Origin: a virus
Reading direction: 5' to 3' (one strand)
DNA: 40,012 nt
Virus record (IMG/VR): IMGVR_UViG_3300045391_003027
Shown in pieces: positions 17,765 to 26,322 of the stretch. Position 1 is the stretch's first letter. The number at the start of each line of letters is the position of its first letter. The notes beneath the pieces are model-generated. The model did no database searches and was not told where the DNA came from. It saw only the letters and a list, made by a program, of their open reading frames with translations. The translations under genes were made by a program, and so were the position numbers.

Positions 17765-19105
17765 TTACACCGCCACGCGGCCGCAGTAACCGGGCGCCGG
17801 CACACAGAACGCGGGATACGCCTGGATGCGGTGCTCGTAGTCGTTGCTGCTCGTCTTACGCAGCATTTCGAGTCCGTCGCCGTTGAGGACGAACGGGATT
17901 TTCTCGTACGCCGCCAGCTTGATGCTCGGCATGTGCAGAGCGAAGCCGGTGGAGTACGGGCAGAACGGGTCGGCGAAAATCTCCACCCGCTTGCCAGCCA
18001 CGGCCAGCTTGATGCTGTCGTAGTTGAAGCGCGCGTCGCTACCGATATCGCGCGAGCCGCGGGATTCGAGCGAATCGGCAAGGGACTGCCACTTCTCCGG
18101 GTTGAGGTAGATCTCCGTCGGACCGGGCCCGAAATTGCGGCTGCGCATGCGCGTCACGAGACGCTTGATGCGCTGCTCCAAGTTCAGGTTGGTGACCTCG
18201 GCGCTGGTCAGGCGGACGCCCGACATGCGCGCGATGTCCAGGGTGCGGTCCAAGCCCTCGAACGTGGTCGAGGACGGGTCCGAGCCCGGGATCCACGCGC
18301 CAAGGCCGAGGATGATGCGGTTCGCGCCGGAGCCACCGAAGTCGCCGTCGCGGAAGCCGTACATCGTACCGGTCCAGTTGGTGGGCGTGCCCGCCGAGCC
18401 GCCGCTGGTCGTCGACACGGTGAACGTGCCGGCGTTGCGGTTGACGGCAACCACATAGCCCTTGTCGGCGCCGGAGTTGATGAGCGTGTGCGACGAGCTC
18501 GATCCGTCGTTGGCGGACACCACCAGGATCTGGCCGACCTCGATGTTCACGACGTCGTCAGCGGTAGCCAGCGTGCACACGCCGCTCGAGATGGTGAAGC
18601 CGCCGGGGGTAACCGACTGGCCGCCGTTCGAGTAGAGGTACGTGCTGAACGTGTCGCCAAAAGCGTTGTACAGACCGTCGATTTCGACCGTCTGATTGCG
18701 CAGGAATGCGCCCGCGTTGTTGCGGCTCGCGCGGATGACCTTGTCGCCGACTTCGACCGAACCGGTGTAGTCGCCGAACAGGACCGTCCACTTTTTGCCC
18801 AGCAGGTTGCCGCCGCTGGTTTGCTGCGACCCTTGCTGCGCCTTGGCCACGGTGGCGCCGAGGCCCTGCGGGTTGCTGACGATCAGCGGATGGACGTAAA
18901 GGTCGCCGCTGTGGTCCTCCTCGCGAGTGACACGGCCGAACAGCGGCCGCTCCTTCTTGGAGAGGTCGTCGATCTTGTCTTTGGTGTAGTCCTCTTTGAG
19001 GAACGCGTCGTACTGGGTGAGCGTGGAGGCGTACGCGACACACGGGTCGCGCTCCTCGACGCACGCTTGCATGCTGTCGTTGAGATTGAGAGAGATGCTG
19101 CGCAT
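17765..19105 (-). CDS. Major capsid protein (446 aa)
   Basis: It is the gene after the scaffold-like gene in the portal-scaffold-capsid order. Size and composition suit an HK97-fold coat with an insertion domain. The family is not resolved by eye. Confidence 0.6.
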   Translation of the reverse strand: MRSISLNLNDSMQACVEERDPCVAYASTLTQYDAFLKEDYTKDKIDDLSKKERPLFGRVTREEDHSGDLYVHPLIVSNPQGLGATVAKAQQGSQQTSGGNLLGKKWTVLFGDYTGSVEVGDKVIRASRNNAGAFLRNQTVEIDGLYNAFGDTFSTYLYSNGGQSVTPGGFTISSGVCTLATADDVVNIEVGQILVVSANDGSSSSHTLINSGADKGYVVAVNRNAGTFTVSTTSGGSAGTPTNWTGTMYGFRDGDFGGSGANRIILGLGAWIPGSDPSSTTFEGLDRTLDIARMSGVRLTSAEVTNLNLEQRIKRLVTRMRSRNFGPGPTEIYLNPEKWQSLADSLESRGSRDIGSDARFNYDSIKLAVAGKRVEIFADPFCPYSTGFALHMPSIKLAAYEKIPFVLNGDGLEMLRKTSSNDYEHRIQAYPAFCVPAPGYCGRVAV

Positions 19106-19147
19106 CGGAGTGCTGCTCCGGCGCGCACGAAGTCAGTGGCTCTTTGG

Positions 19148-20521
19148 TCAGCCCATTCGCGCTGCGAACGCTCGGATGCGCTCGTCACGCGACAAACTGC
19201 GCGTGGAGCCTCCTGCCTGTGCGGCCTGTGAGGGGATCGGGCTTCGAGCGCGCGGGGCGCTCGTCCTCACTGGCTCATTCCCTGCCAGGCCGGGTGACTC
19301 GGAGCTCGGCGCGGCCGCTCCGGAGGCCGTTGGGTCGTAGCGCCATTCCTCTAGCCGCTGCTTGAATTCGTCGCGGGCCATGTCGGCCGCCACGTGCAGC
19401 GGGATAGTCGTTTTGGTGTGCGGGTCGTAGTGCTCGCCGCGGAGCTCGACCACGCGCCGAATGAACGGCTTTTGCTTTGCGAAGTGCGCCAGCTCGCCGT
19501 CCTCGGACTGCGAAAGCTTCTCGAACGTGCTCTGTGCCTCTCGGTTCAACGCGGCGAGTTGCTGCGCTCGCGGGTCGTCCTGCTCAGGCTTCTGGCGTCC
19601 CTGTTTGAGCTCAGCCAGCTCGGTTTTCATCGCGTCGAGCTGCTGCGCCAACCGGGTCTTTTCCGGGTCGGCGGACAGGTGCTGATGCATCGCCTTGCGC
19701 GTAAGCTCGTTGATGTTTTCTCCGGGGAACACCAGCTCGAGCGCTTTGGTGTAGTCCTTCGCGGCATAGGCCTTGCGGGCCTGAATCATCGGCTCGAAAT
19801 CGCGCTGCAAGCGCTGGCTAAGTTCGGTCGCGTTCGCGTGTAGCTGGCTCGACTTCGCGCGCTCGTCTTTCTGGAATCGGCGGAAGTCCGCCCACTCTTT
19901 CGAGCTCACGCCCAGCTTGCGCGCCAAGCCTTCGCGGATGCCTTCGAACTCCTCGGGGCGGAGGTCGCCGAAAGCGATCTTTATGGCCTTGTCGACGTCG
20001 CCGTGGCGTAGCCGGGCCTTAGCCTTGAGCTGATGCGTGCCGCGCGGTTCGGGCTTGCCGGTGTCCGCGTCCTCATCGACTTCGCTGCCGTCGCCGCCGT
20101 CCGCCTCGGTTTCGGCGGGAGCTGCCTCCGCCTTGGGCTTCGGGTTCGCCTGAGCGGCGGGCTCGGCAGCTTCTGCGGCGGGGGTCTCCGTGGCCGCCTC
20201 GGGCTTCGCTGCACGCTTCGTTCCCGGCTTCGGTCCGGGCTTGGCGCGGCGCTCGGCCTCGGGCGCGGTAACCTCGACGCCATCCTTTTCGGCGGTCGCG
20301 TTCATCGCACGCGCGAACTTTTGGATATTCGACTCGCGCTTGTCGGCGGGCGCTGTGTTGGCGACCGCCTTGGGCTTCTCTTTGCCCTTTTGCTCGTCGC
20401 CAGGCGCGGCTTGCTCGGGTGCGTCGGCCTTGGTCGGCGCCGTCTTGACCGGCTTCGCAGCAGCGCCCGCGCTGGCTTCAGCGGCAGCGTTGGTGGCGAC
20501 GACTTCAGCGGTAGCTGCCAT
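19148..20521 (-). CDS. Scaffolding protein (457 aa)
   Basis: It lies between the portal and capsid genes. The N-terminus is highly charged Ala/Glu/Lys/Pro low-complexity sequence, followed by a long helical region. Confidence 0.5.
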   Translation of the reverse strand: MAATAEVVATNAAAEASAGAAAKPVKTAPTKADAPEQAAPGDEQKGKEKPKAVANTAPADKRESNIQKFARAMNATAEKDGVEVTAPEAERRAKPGPKPGTKRAAKPEAATETPAAEAAEPAAQANPKPKAEAAPAETEADGGDGSEVDEDADTGKPEPRGTHQLKAKARLRHGDVDKAIKIAFGDLRPEEFEGIREGLARKLGVSSKEWADFRRFQKDERAKSSQLHANATELSQRLQRDFEPMIQARKAYAAKDYTKALELVFPGENINELTRKAMHQHLSADPEKTRLAQQLDAMKTELAELKQGRQKPEQDDPRAQQLAALNREAQSTFEKLSQSEDGELAHFAKQKPFIRRVVELRGEHYDPHTKTTIPLHVAADMARDEFKQRLEEWRYDPTASGAAAPSSESPGLAGNEPVRTSAPRARSPIPSQAAQAGGSTRSLSRDERIRAFAARMG

Positions 20522-20524
20522 GGG

Positions 20525-22546
20525 TCACGCTGCCGCCGGCATCGGCGGTCCTCCTGCTGGCATGGGCATCGGGCCCGGTGGGGCGCCCGGCGGCATAGGC
20601 GGCGCTCCAGCACCGGGCATGGCTGGTCCACCAGGCGCCGGAGCCACCGCGTCTTGCGAGCCCGGGTCGATGCCCTGAGCAATCTGCGCGGCCCGGAGAC
20701 CCTTTTTGGTGATCTCGTTGTCGAGCTGCTGCATGAACGTCAGAAAAAATTGCTCGTTGAACGTCGGGATGCCGTCGAGCTGCGCGTCCAGGTAAGCCTC
20801 GGCCACCTGCACCATCGCGTCCTCGAGCGAGGGCATCCACGGGATCGGTGCCTTGAACCGGAACGAGCCGTCCTGCTGCTTTTGCGGCGTCGCGTCCAAC
20901 CAATCGTCGATGTAGCGCTCGATGAGTTGGCGTTGCTTGCCAGCCTTGTCGACTTCTTGCTTGGTGTCGAGATACTCGATCACGCGGAGCAGGGCATCAT
21001 CACTCAGTTTGCCGGACGCGTTCAGCTCCTGTGCGAGCTGCAGGCGGTCGGTGGGCGTGTTTTTGAGCCCACTCACCGGATACACGTCGTACGCGTCGAT
21101 GGGTAGCTTCACGTCGTTCCAGCGGTACGAACGGAGCGAGCCCTCGCCGCGCCAGCGCAGCGTGTAATCCTTCTTTTCATCGCCGATGTTGTCGTTTGCG
21201 GCGACGATTTGGCGAGCTGCCTCGACGGCACAGGCCGTCTCGTATTTCTTGAAGACCACCGCGAAGCGCTCGGTCTCCATGTCGGCGAGCGTGCGGATGG
21301 CGACGCCGGCCGTGACGCCTTGCTCTTTGCGGCTGGTGGCGGACATCTGGCTGATGCCGCTGATTTCGTACGCCTTGCGGTCGTTCAGCTGCACCCACTC
21401 GAGCACCTGCTCATTGAGCGGCGATGGCGAAAACCACTGCACCGGATTTGCGCCGGGCGTCTTGCGAATATTGATCGCGTCCTCGTTCGTGAGCAGATCT
21501 TCTTCACGGACGCTGCCCTCGTCGTAGATGCACACGGACTGCGACGTGCGCTTGACCACGGATTGGCAGCGCGCGATCGATTCGTTCACCTCGTCGCAAA
21601 TCGGCATGACCTCCTCGACGAGCGAGACCGCGCCGAAGCCCAGCACTTCCCACGCCCAGCGCAGGAAGATGAACGGAAACTCCTGGCGCTTCCACGGCTC
21701 GTCGAGGAGAACATGTCCGCCGTTCGGACCATCGATGGCCACCACGTGGCGCCCGGGCATGTTTTTGCTCAGCGGCAGCCGCCAAGCCTCGCGGACCTTG
21801 ATCTGATCGGCCACGCGCGTCGTGCCGGCTACGTTGCGCGTGAGCTCGTCCTCGTACTCTGCCGCGCGGTAAATGGCTTCCTGATCTGCATCGCCCGGGT
21901 ACTGCGCCGCGAGCGAATCGCGGTCGTACGGGTAAATGTGAAACAGCGACAGGGGATTGCCGTTCTGCGCCTCGAGCGCATCTACAAACACTTCCCACGG
22001 GAGCACTCGGTCGATGCACACGCGCTCGTTTTCAACGTCCGGCGTGAACTTCATGGCGCACGCGGCGGGGAAAATGCAGCTATCCAAAAACACGCGCTGC
22101 GATACTTCCCAGAAGTCTGCGTACGCGCCCTGAGGGCGGAGCATCGTCGCTTCGACGCATCGGTCGAGCTTCTGCGCCTTGCGCTTCGTCTCCCAGTCGG
22201 CGTCGCTGGTGACGAACTGCGACTTGGGGCGCTGGCGGCCCGCGATCTTGGCCTGCGCGGTATTGGCCAAGCTGCGCTCGGTCGCCCATCGGAGCGGCAC
22301 GGCATTGTCGCCGTCGCCAACCTCCATGCTGCCGGCGGTGTAGTAGGCGCCCGCGGTCAGGCTGCGAATGCGGCGCATCTCGTAGCGCGAGAGCGCCTCG
22401 AGGCAGCGGGTCTTACGGCCCTTCTGCTCGTTCTCGAGCGCGTCGCAGAGCTCGACGACGGCGCGACCAACGTCCTCCTTTGACGCGCGTTGCCAGCGCT
22501 TCTGCGCCAGGCGCTCGGACGCTGGTTGCTCGGCTTGCTCTGCCAA
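20525..22546 (-). CDS. Portal (head-tail connector) protein, 673 aa, probably T7-type
   Basis: It is the first gene of the late string, upstream of scaffold and capsid. ...LANTAQAKIAGRQRPKSQFVTSDADWETKRKAQKLDRCVEA...IDRVLPWEVFVD resembles the podovirus connector family as I recall it. TTG start at 22546. The C-terminal tail is Pro/Gly/Met-rich. Confidence 0.6.
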   Translation of the reverse strand: MAEQAEQPASERLAQKRWQRASKEDVGRAVVELCDALENEQKGRKTRCLEALSRYEMRRIRSLTAGAYYTAGSMEVGDGDNAVPLRWATERSLANTAQAKIAGRQRPKSQFVTSDADWETKRKAQKLDRCVEATMLRPQGAYADFWEVSQRVFLDSCIFPAACAMKFTPDVENERVCIDRVLPWEVFVDALEAQNGNPLSLFHIYPYDRDSLAAQYPGDADQEAIYRAAEYEDELTRNVAGTTRVADQIKVREAWRLPLSKNMPGRHVVAIDGPNGGHVLLDEPWKRQEFPFIFLRWAWEVLGFGAVSLVEEVMPICDEVNESIARCQSVVKRTSQSVCIYDEGSVREEDLLTNEDAINIRKTPGANPVQWFSPSPLNEQVLEWVQLNDRKAYEISGISQMSATSRKEQGVTAGVAIRTLADMETERFAVVFKKYETACAVEAARQIVAANDNIGDEKKDYTLRWRGEGSLRSYRWNDVKLPIDAYDVYPVSGLKNTPTDRLQLAQELNASGKLSDDALLRVIEYLDTKQEVDKAGKQRQLIERYIDDWLDATPQKQQDGSFRFKAPIPWMPSLEDAMVQVAEAYLDAQLDGIPTFNEQFFLTFMQQLDNEITKKGLRAAQIAQGIDPGSQDAVAPAPGGPAMPGAGAPPMPPGAPPGPMPMPAGGPPMPAAA

Positions 22547-22578
22547 TACGTCGACAATGCTGACGGTTTACCAACATT

Positions 22579-22600
22579 CTGTCAAGATAGGACTTGACAG
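22579..22600. promoter_or_regulatory. 22-bp palindrome CTGTCAAG-ATAGGA-CTTGACAG in the portal/terminase divergent gap
   Basis: Perfect 8-bp arms place a consensus TTGACA hexamer on both strands (plus 22594-22599, minus 22585-22580). It lies in the 47-bp gap between divergent genes. The downstream -10 elements are weak. Confidence 0.35.
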
Positions 22601-24162
22601 TGGATTCGCGGCTCATCCTTGGCGAACTCCGGCGGCGGCTGGCGCAGCAACCGGGCGACGGTTGGACTGCGGCCAAGCTCATCAAGCTCTGCCACCCGAA
22701 ACAGGCCGCGTTCGTGGGAGACAAGAGTAGGCGCAAGGCCGCACTGTGCTCCCGCCGCGCCGGCAAGAGCTTCGGCCTACTGGTGTGGTTCATTGTGGGA
22801 GCCATCACCGATCCGGGTGGATTGTCGGTGTTCATTTGCCGCACCAAAGGCGACGCGCGTCGCATCCTCGAGCCAGCGGTGATGGAGCTGCGCGAGCGCA
22901 CCGGGATGGCGCTGCCGTTCTACGAGCGCGATGGCCAACTCATGCTCGGGCTGCCCGGGCGTCACCAGCTGTGGCTGGCTGGCTGCAAAGACCAAAGCGA
23001 GGTCGGCAAGTTCCGCGGCGCCGGCAAGGGCTACCGCCGCGCTGCGGTCGACGAGGCACAGGAATTCGCCGATGACGTGCTGCGCAAGCTGGTTCTAGGC
23101 GCGCTCGAGCCGGCGCTGCTCGACAAGCACGGCGACCTGGCCATCACCGGCACGCCTGGACCGATTCCGGCGGGGCTTTTCCACGAAATCACCACTGGAG
23201 AAGGCGGCACGAAGTGGCCAACGCACGCCTGGACGATTCACGACAACCCCCACATTCAGGACGCGGAAGCCGAGCTCGCCGCCTACCTGAAACAGTACGG
23301 GCTCACGCCAGACGCGCCCGTGTTCATCCGCGAGTGGCGCGGTTTGTGGGTCTACGACGCTTCGGCGCTCGTGTACCCGTTCGTGGGCGACAAGAATGCC
23401 TGCAAGGCCGACGAGATCCCGACCGAGGGCGCGGCGTGGGTGCTCGGTATCGACCTCGGCTCGAGTTCAGCCACGGCGTTCGTGCTCGGCTGCATCGTGC
23501 CGGGACAGGCACACGTCTACATCGTCAGCGCCGCCAAGCATGAGAATTGGATACCGTCGCGCATCGCGGCAGAGGTCGAACGCTACCGCAAGGCGACGCC
23601 AGGCCTGCGCGTAGTGGTCGACGAGGGCGGCCTGGGGCGCGGCTACGCGCAGGAGATGCGCGAGCGCTACGGTATTCCGTGTGAGGCGGCCGAGAAAACC
23701 AAGAAACGCGGCTTCCAAGAGATTGTGGCCGGCGAGCTCCGCAGCGCGACCATCAAGATCGAAGCGTGGGCGTGCCGTGAGCTGCTCGACGAAATGAGCA
23801 TTCTGCAGTGGTTGCCGGACCGCTCCGAGGAGGACTCGGCCCGCTTCGCGAACCACGCCTGCGACGCGTTCTTGTATTGCGTGCGGGCGCTCCGCAGCGG
23901 CTACAACCCGCAGCTTGAGCCGCCCAAGCCCGGCACCCCCGAATGGTGGGCGCAGCAGCGGGAGAAAGAGCGCGCGGCCGCCAGGGACCGCGGGCGAAAG
24001 CGCCAGCGCGGATTCAAGCGGGTGGCGCTGCGCGAAGCTTTGCCCGGAGTCGTCGAATTGATGCCGCTAGCTTTCCGCGATGCGCAGCCGGCGTCACGTA
24101 CCCGGTTTCACGCCGCCAGCGCTGGACACCAACCAGAAACTCCAGCTCTTCTTGCGGCGTAA
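22594..24162 (+). CDS. terL: Terminase large subunit
   Basis: Walker A-like CSRRAGKSF, Walker B-like AAVDEAQEF and a downstream nuclease-type region are present. Start is TTG at 22594, or GTG at 22600 preceded by AGGA with a 7-nt spacer. It is the only plus-strand gene between two minus-strand blocks. Confidence 0.75.
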   Translation: MTVDSRLILGELRRRLAQQPGDGWTAAKLIKLCHPKQAAFVGDKSRRKAALCSRRAGKSFGLLVWFIVGAITDPGGLSVFICRTKGDARRILEPAVMELRERTGMALPFYERDGQLMLGLPGRHQLWLAGCKDQSEVGKFRGAGKGYRRAAVDEAQEFADDVLRKLVLGALEPALLDKHGDLAITGTPGPIPAGLFHEITTGEGGTKWPTHAWTIHDNPHIQDAEAELAAYLKQYGLTPDAPVFIREWRGLWVYDASALVYPFVGDKNACKADEIPTEGAAWVLGIDLGSSSATAFVLGCIVPGQAHVYIVSAAKHENWIPSRIAAEVERYRKATPGLRVVVDEGGLGRGYAQEMRERYGIPCEAAEKTKKRGFQEIVAGELRSATIKIEAWACRELLDEMSILQWLPDRSEEDSARFANHACDAFLYCVRALRSGYNPQLEPPKPGTPEWWAQQREKERAAARDRGRKRQRGFKRVALREALPGVVELMPLAFRDAQPASRTRFHAASAGHQPETPALLAA

Positions 24163-24186
24163 ACCGCGCTCTTGGACGCTTAACGC

Positions 24187-24396
24187 TCACGGCTCGAGGC
24201 GCGCCACGATAACGTTGCTGTCCGGCGTCCAATAGCGCTCTCCCGTCTCGGGGTCTGAGAACGTCCAACCGCCGTCGAAGCGCTGTACGTCTACGCTCGC
24301 GTCACTAGGCCCACTTGGGACCGGGTTTCGGAGCGCTAGGCTCGTTACCTTGAGGTCGCTGTTTTCGTCGGACGCGGCGTTTTTCTTGGGTGGCAT
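24187..24396 (-). CDS. Hypothetical 69-aa protein
   Basis: ATG at 24396-24394 is preceded by AGGAGA with a 7-nt spacer. Product: MPPKKNAASDENSDLKV... GC3 is higher than in the overlapping tail of the upstream ORF. Confidence 0.5.
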   Translation of the reverse strand: MPPKKNAASDENSDLKVTSLALRNPVPSGPSDASVDVQRFDGGWTFSDPETGERYWTPDSNVIVARLEP

Positions 24397-24841
24397 CTGT
24401 CGTTTCTCCTGTGGTTTCAATCGTGAGCTTTTGCTGTTCGCGCAGCTCGATGAGGGTGTCCGCGAGCTCGGCGACCTGCGCCGCTGGTAGGCGCTTGGTG
24501 GCTTCGCGCACGAGTTCGGCATCGGTCATGCGCTCGAGGCGCTCGGCGTCGCTCCTGTTCGGCTCGCCCGTCATGCCTTGTAGCACGGCGACCGCTTGGA
24601 CCACCTTGAGCATTACGGCGGTGTCGGGCGCCGGCACCTCGGCTCCGCGCTTGTTCGTGTAGGTCCTGGCCTGCGCTTCGTCCCACACATGCTCGAGCCG
24701 CACCATCAGCGCCTCGCGCCGCTCGTCGGGAGGAAGGTGCGACAGCTCGCGAAAGGGACGCATCACGGGCCCGTTGCCGCGGTGGCGGTCGGCTGTCACC
24801 CGTGCCTCCAAATCCCCAAAGGACCCAAGCGCAGCTGCCAC
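24305..24841 (-). CDS. Possible terminase small subunit (178 aa)
   Basis: ...TNKRGAEVPAPDTAVMLKVVQAVAVLQGMTG... resembles small-terminase cores. GTG start at 24841. The last 92 nt overlap the next gene in another frame and have low GC3. Confidence 0.35.
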   Translation of the reverse strand: MAAALGSFGDLEARVTADRHRGNGPVMRPFRELSHLPPDERREALMVRLEHVWDEAQARTYTNKRGAEVPAPDTAVMLKVVQAVAVLQGMTGEPNRSDAERLERMTDAELVREATKRLPAAQVAELADTLIELREQQKLTIETTGETTDATQEKRRVRRKQRPQGNEPSAPKPGPKWA

Positions 24842-24932
24842 GCTTGGCCCTTACGCACAAACCGACAGAGCGGCTGCTGGCGATACTGGGCCCAATAGCG
24901 CCAGCGTTTCCAGACCCAATGAACCGTGATGT

Positions 24933-25145
24933 TCACGGCGCCGGCAGCTCCTTGGCGTGATCCTCGATGAGCTTGGCGAGCGTGCGCCCGCTGCGGTCCG
25001 GGTATTGCGCCACCAACTCAGCCGCGCGTAGCAAGCCCTGGCGATAACCCTCTTGCTGCGCCACGCGGAGCGGGGCCATTGCATCGAGGAAGATTGCGCG
25101 CCCCTCAGCTCGGCTCGGTTGCGGCGGCTTCTTCTGCTTGGGCAT
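24933..25145 (-). CDS. Hypothetical 70-aa protein
   Basis: ATG at 25145 is preceded by AGGAG. GC3 is high. Confidence 0.45.
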   Translation of the reverse strand: MPKQKKPPQPSRAEGRAIFLDAMAPLRVAQQEGYRQGLLRAAELVAQYPDRSGRTLAKLIEDHAKELPAP

Positions 25146-25308
25146 GATGCTCCTGGGGCAGCTCGATCTTGGGTTTGGTGCCCGGCAGCAGCGCGAACGG
25201 CCACGGCGTTTCGGTCAGGCCGAAAGCGTTGGCGAGCCGCCCGAGCATCTGCAGCTCAGAGAGCGCGCCTTGGGACGGCGGCATGCGGCCAAAGTAACGC
25301 AGGGTCAT
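25105..25308 (-). CDS. Hypothetical 67-aa protein
   Basis: The ATG overlaps the upstream stop as ATGA (25305-25308). GC3 is high. Confidence 0.45.
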   Translation of the reverse strand: MTLRYFGRMPPSQGALSELQMLGRLANAFGLTETPWPFALLPGTKPKIELPQEHHAQAEEAAATEPS

Positions 25309-25397
25309 TCTGCCGTGACCCCCATCACCACGCCAACGACAGCGCCGATGGCGAAGCCGGCCATAAATGCGATCAGGCAGGCGTCAAATAGGTTCAC
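25305..25397 (-). CDS. Possible 30-aa single-pass membrane peptide
   Basis: GTG at 25397-25395 overlaps the GroES-like stop as GTGA. My translation is VNLFDACLIAFMAGFAIGAVVGVVMGVTAE. Its stop overlaps the next ATG as ATGA. It is too short for the ORF track. Confidence 0.3.
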   Translation of the reverse strand: MNLFDACLIAFMAGFAIGAVVGVVMGVTAE

Positions 25398-25945
25398 CGG
25401 CGCTGCTCCCCGTAGTCGAGCTCGAGCGCCTCGTACTCGGGACGCTGGTCCGGCAACTCGAACAGAATCTCGTCGGCGCGCACCATGCGGTATTCGCCAC
25501 CGGGACGCTCGTGCTTGGTGGGCACGGGGAAGCTCTCCCAGCTGCAACCGCGGGGATTCGTGCGGGGCTTGGCCACATCCAGCGACCAGTCCTGCCCCGC
25601 GCGCTCGTCGACTACCACGCACATGCCGGGCTCCACCTCCGTCGGCACGAGCGGGCCGCGACCGTCGCGCAACCGCCAACCGGGACCCGTGGCGAGCACG
25701 ATGGCCTCGCGCACGCCATTGGCCTTGCCTTGGCGGTTCGCCGGCAGCACGAGCAGGCTCCCGCTCATGCGTTCGGGCCGCGGCTTGAGATACAGCAGCA
25801 CATTGTCGTCGAGCGGGCGGATGCGGCTCGGGTGGCTATCGCCAGCAGCAGGCTGGTCGCCGGCCAGCATATCGAATAGCGGCGGAATGGTCGGAGCAGG
25901 TGGTGCCTCGCTCGGGCTCGGTAGCTCGATTGCTGGCTTGCTCAT
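25394..25945 (-). CDS. GroES/Cpn10-like co-chaperonin with a Pro-rich N-terminal extension and an internal insertion (183 aa)
   Basis: The sequence aligns by eye to GroES. IRPLDDNVLL fits IRPLxDRVLV. SGSLLVLP fits the mobile-loop AGGIVL. REAIVLATGPG fits GEVxAVGxG. EVEPGMCVVVDE fits DVKVGDxVxF. YRMVRADEILFEL fits the C-terminal strand. Confidence 0.6.
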   Translation of the reverse strand: MSKPAIELPSPSEAPPAPTIPPLFDMLAGDQPAAGDSHPSRIRPLDDNVLLYLKPRPERMSGSLLVLPANRQGKANGVREAIVLATGPGWRLRDGRGPLVPTEVEPGMCVVVDERAGQDWSLDVAKPRTNPRGCSWESFPVPTKHERPGGEYRMVRADEILFELPDQRPEYEALELDYGEQRR

Positions 25946-26000
25946 GGTGACACCTCATGATCGCGCGCGCGGGTAAAGGTACGATTTGGACGAATGCACA

Positions 26001-26322
26001 TCACTTTTCTCCTCTCGAGTCTTGGTCACTTCCTGGAAAGCCTCTGAGATCGCGCGGTGTCTGAATGCCGCTGATGCACCACTGCAAACGCGAACGATTG
26101 GCCTTCGCCAGCCCCCGCCGGCCGCATTCGCGATGCAACTTGGTCAAGCCCTGCGCCCGACAGAACGCCCGTAGCCGCGTTTCGCTCGTGCCCAGCTGAT
26201 AGACAGCCTTGCGCAGCGCGCGTTTCGCTCGTGCCCAGCTGATAGACAGCCTTGCGCAGCGTCGGCGCCTCGCGCAGCACGTCGGCGACGTGTGTGGGTT
26301 CGAGCACGACGTAGGCCTTCAT
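26001..26322 (-). pseudogene. Small gene frameshifted by a 43-bp tandem duplication
   Basis: ATG at 26322-26320 overlaps the upstream stop as ATGA. The reading frame MKAYVVLEPTHVADVLREAPTLRKAVYQLGTSETR is then shifted +1 by the second repeat copy. Deleting one copy gives a 92-aa ORF ending at 26001 (...RLRAFCRAQGLTKLHRECGRRGLAKANRSRLQWCISGIQTPRDL...) with better GC3. Confidence 0.5.
26177..26262. repeat. Tandem duplication, 2 x 43 bp (gcgtttcgctcgtgcccagctgatagacagccttgcgcagcg + c/t)
   Basis: Copies at 26177-26219 and 26220-26262 match at 42 of 43 positions. The unit length is not a multiple of 3. Confidence 0.9.

Noticed and set aside
17714-19231. 505-aa plus-strand ORF
   Set aside because: It is antisense to the capsid gene. 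Its composition is Arg/Ala/Val-rich, typical of a shadow frame.
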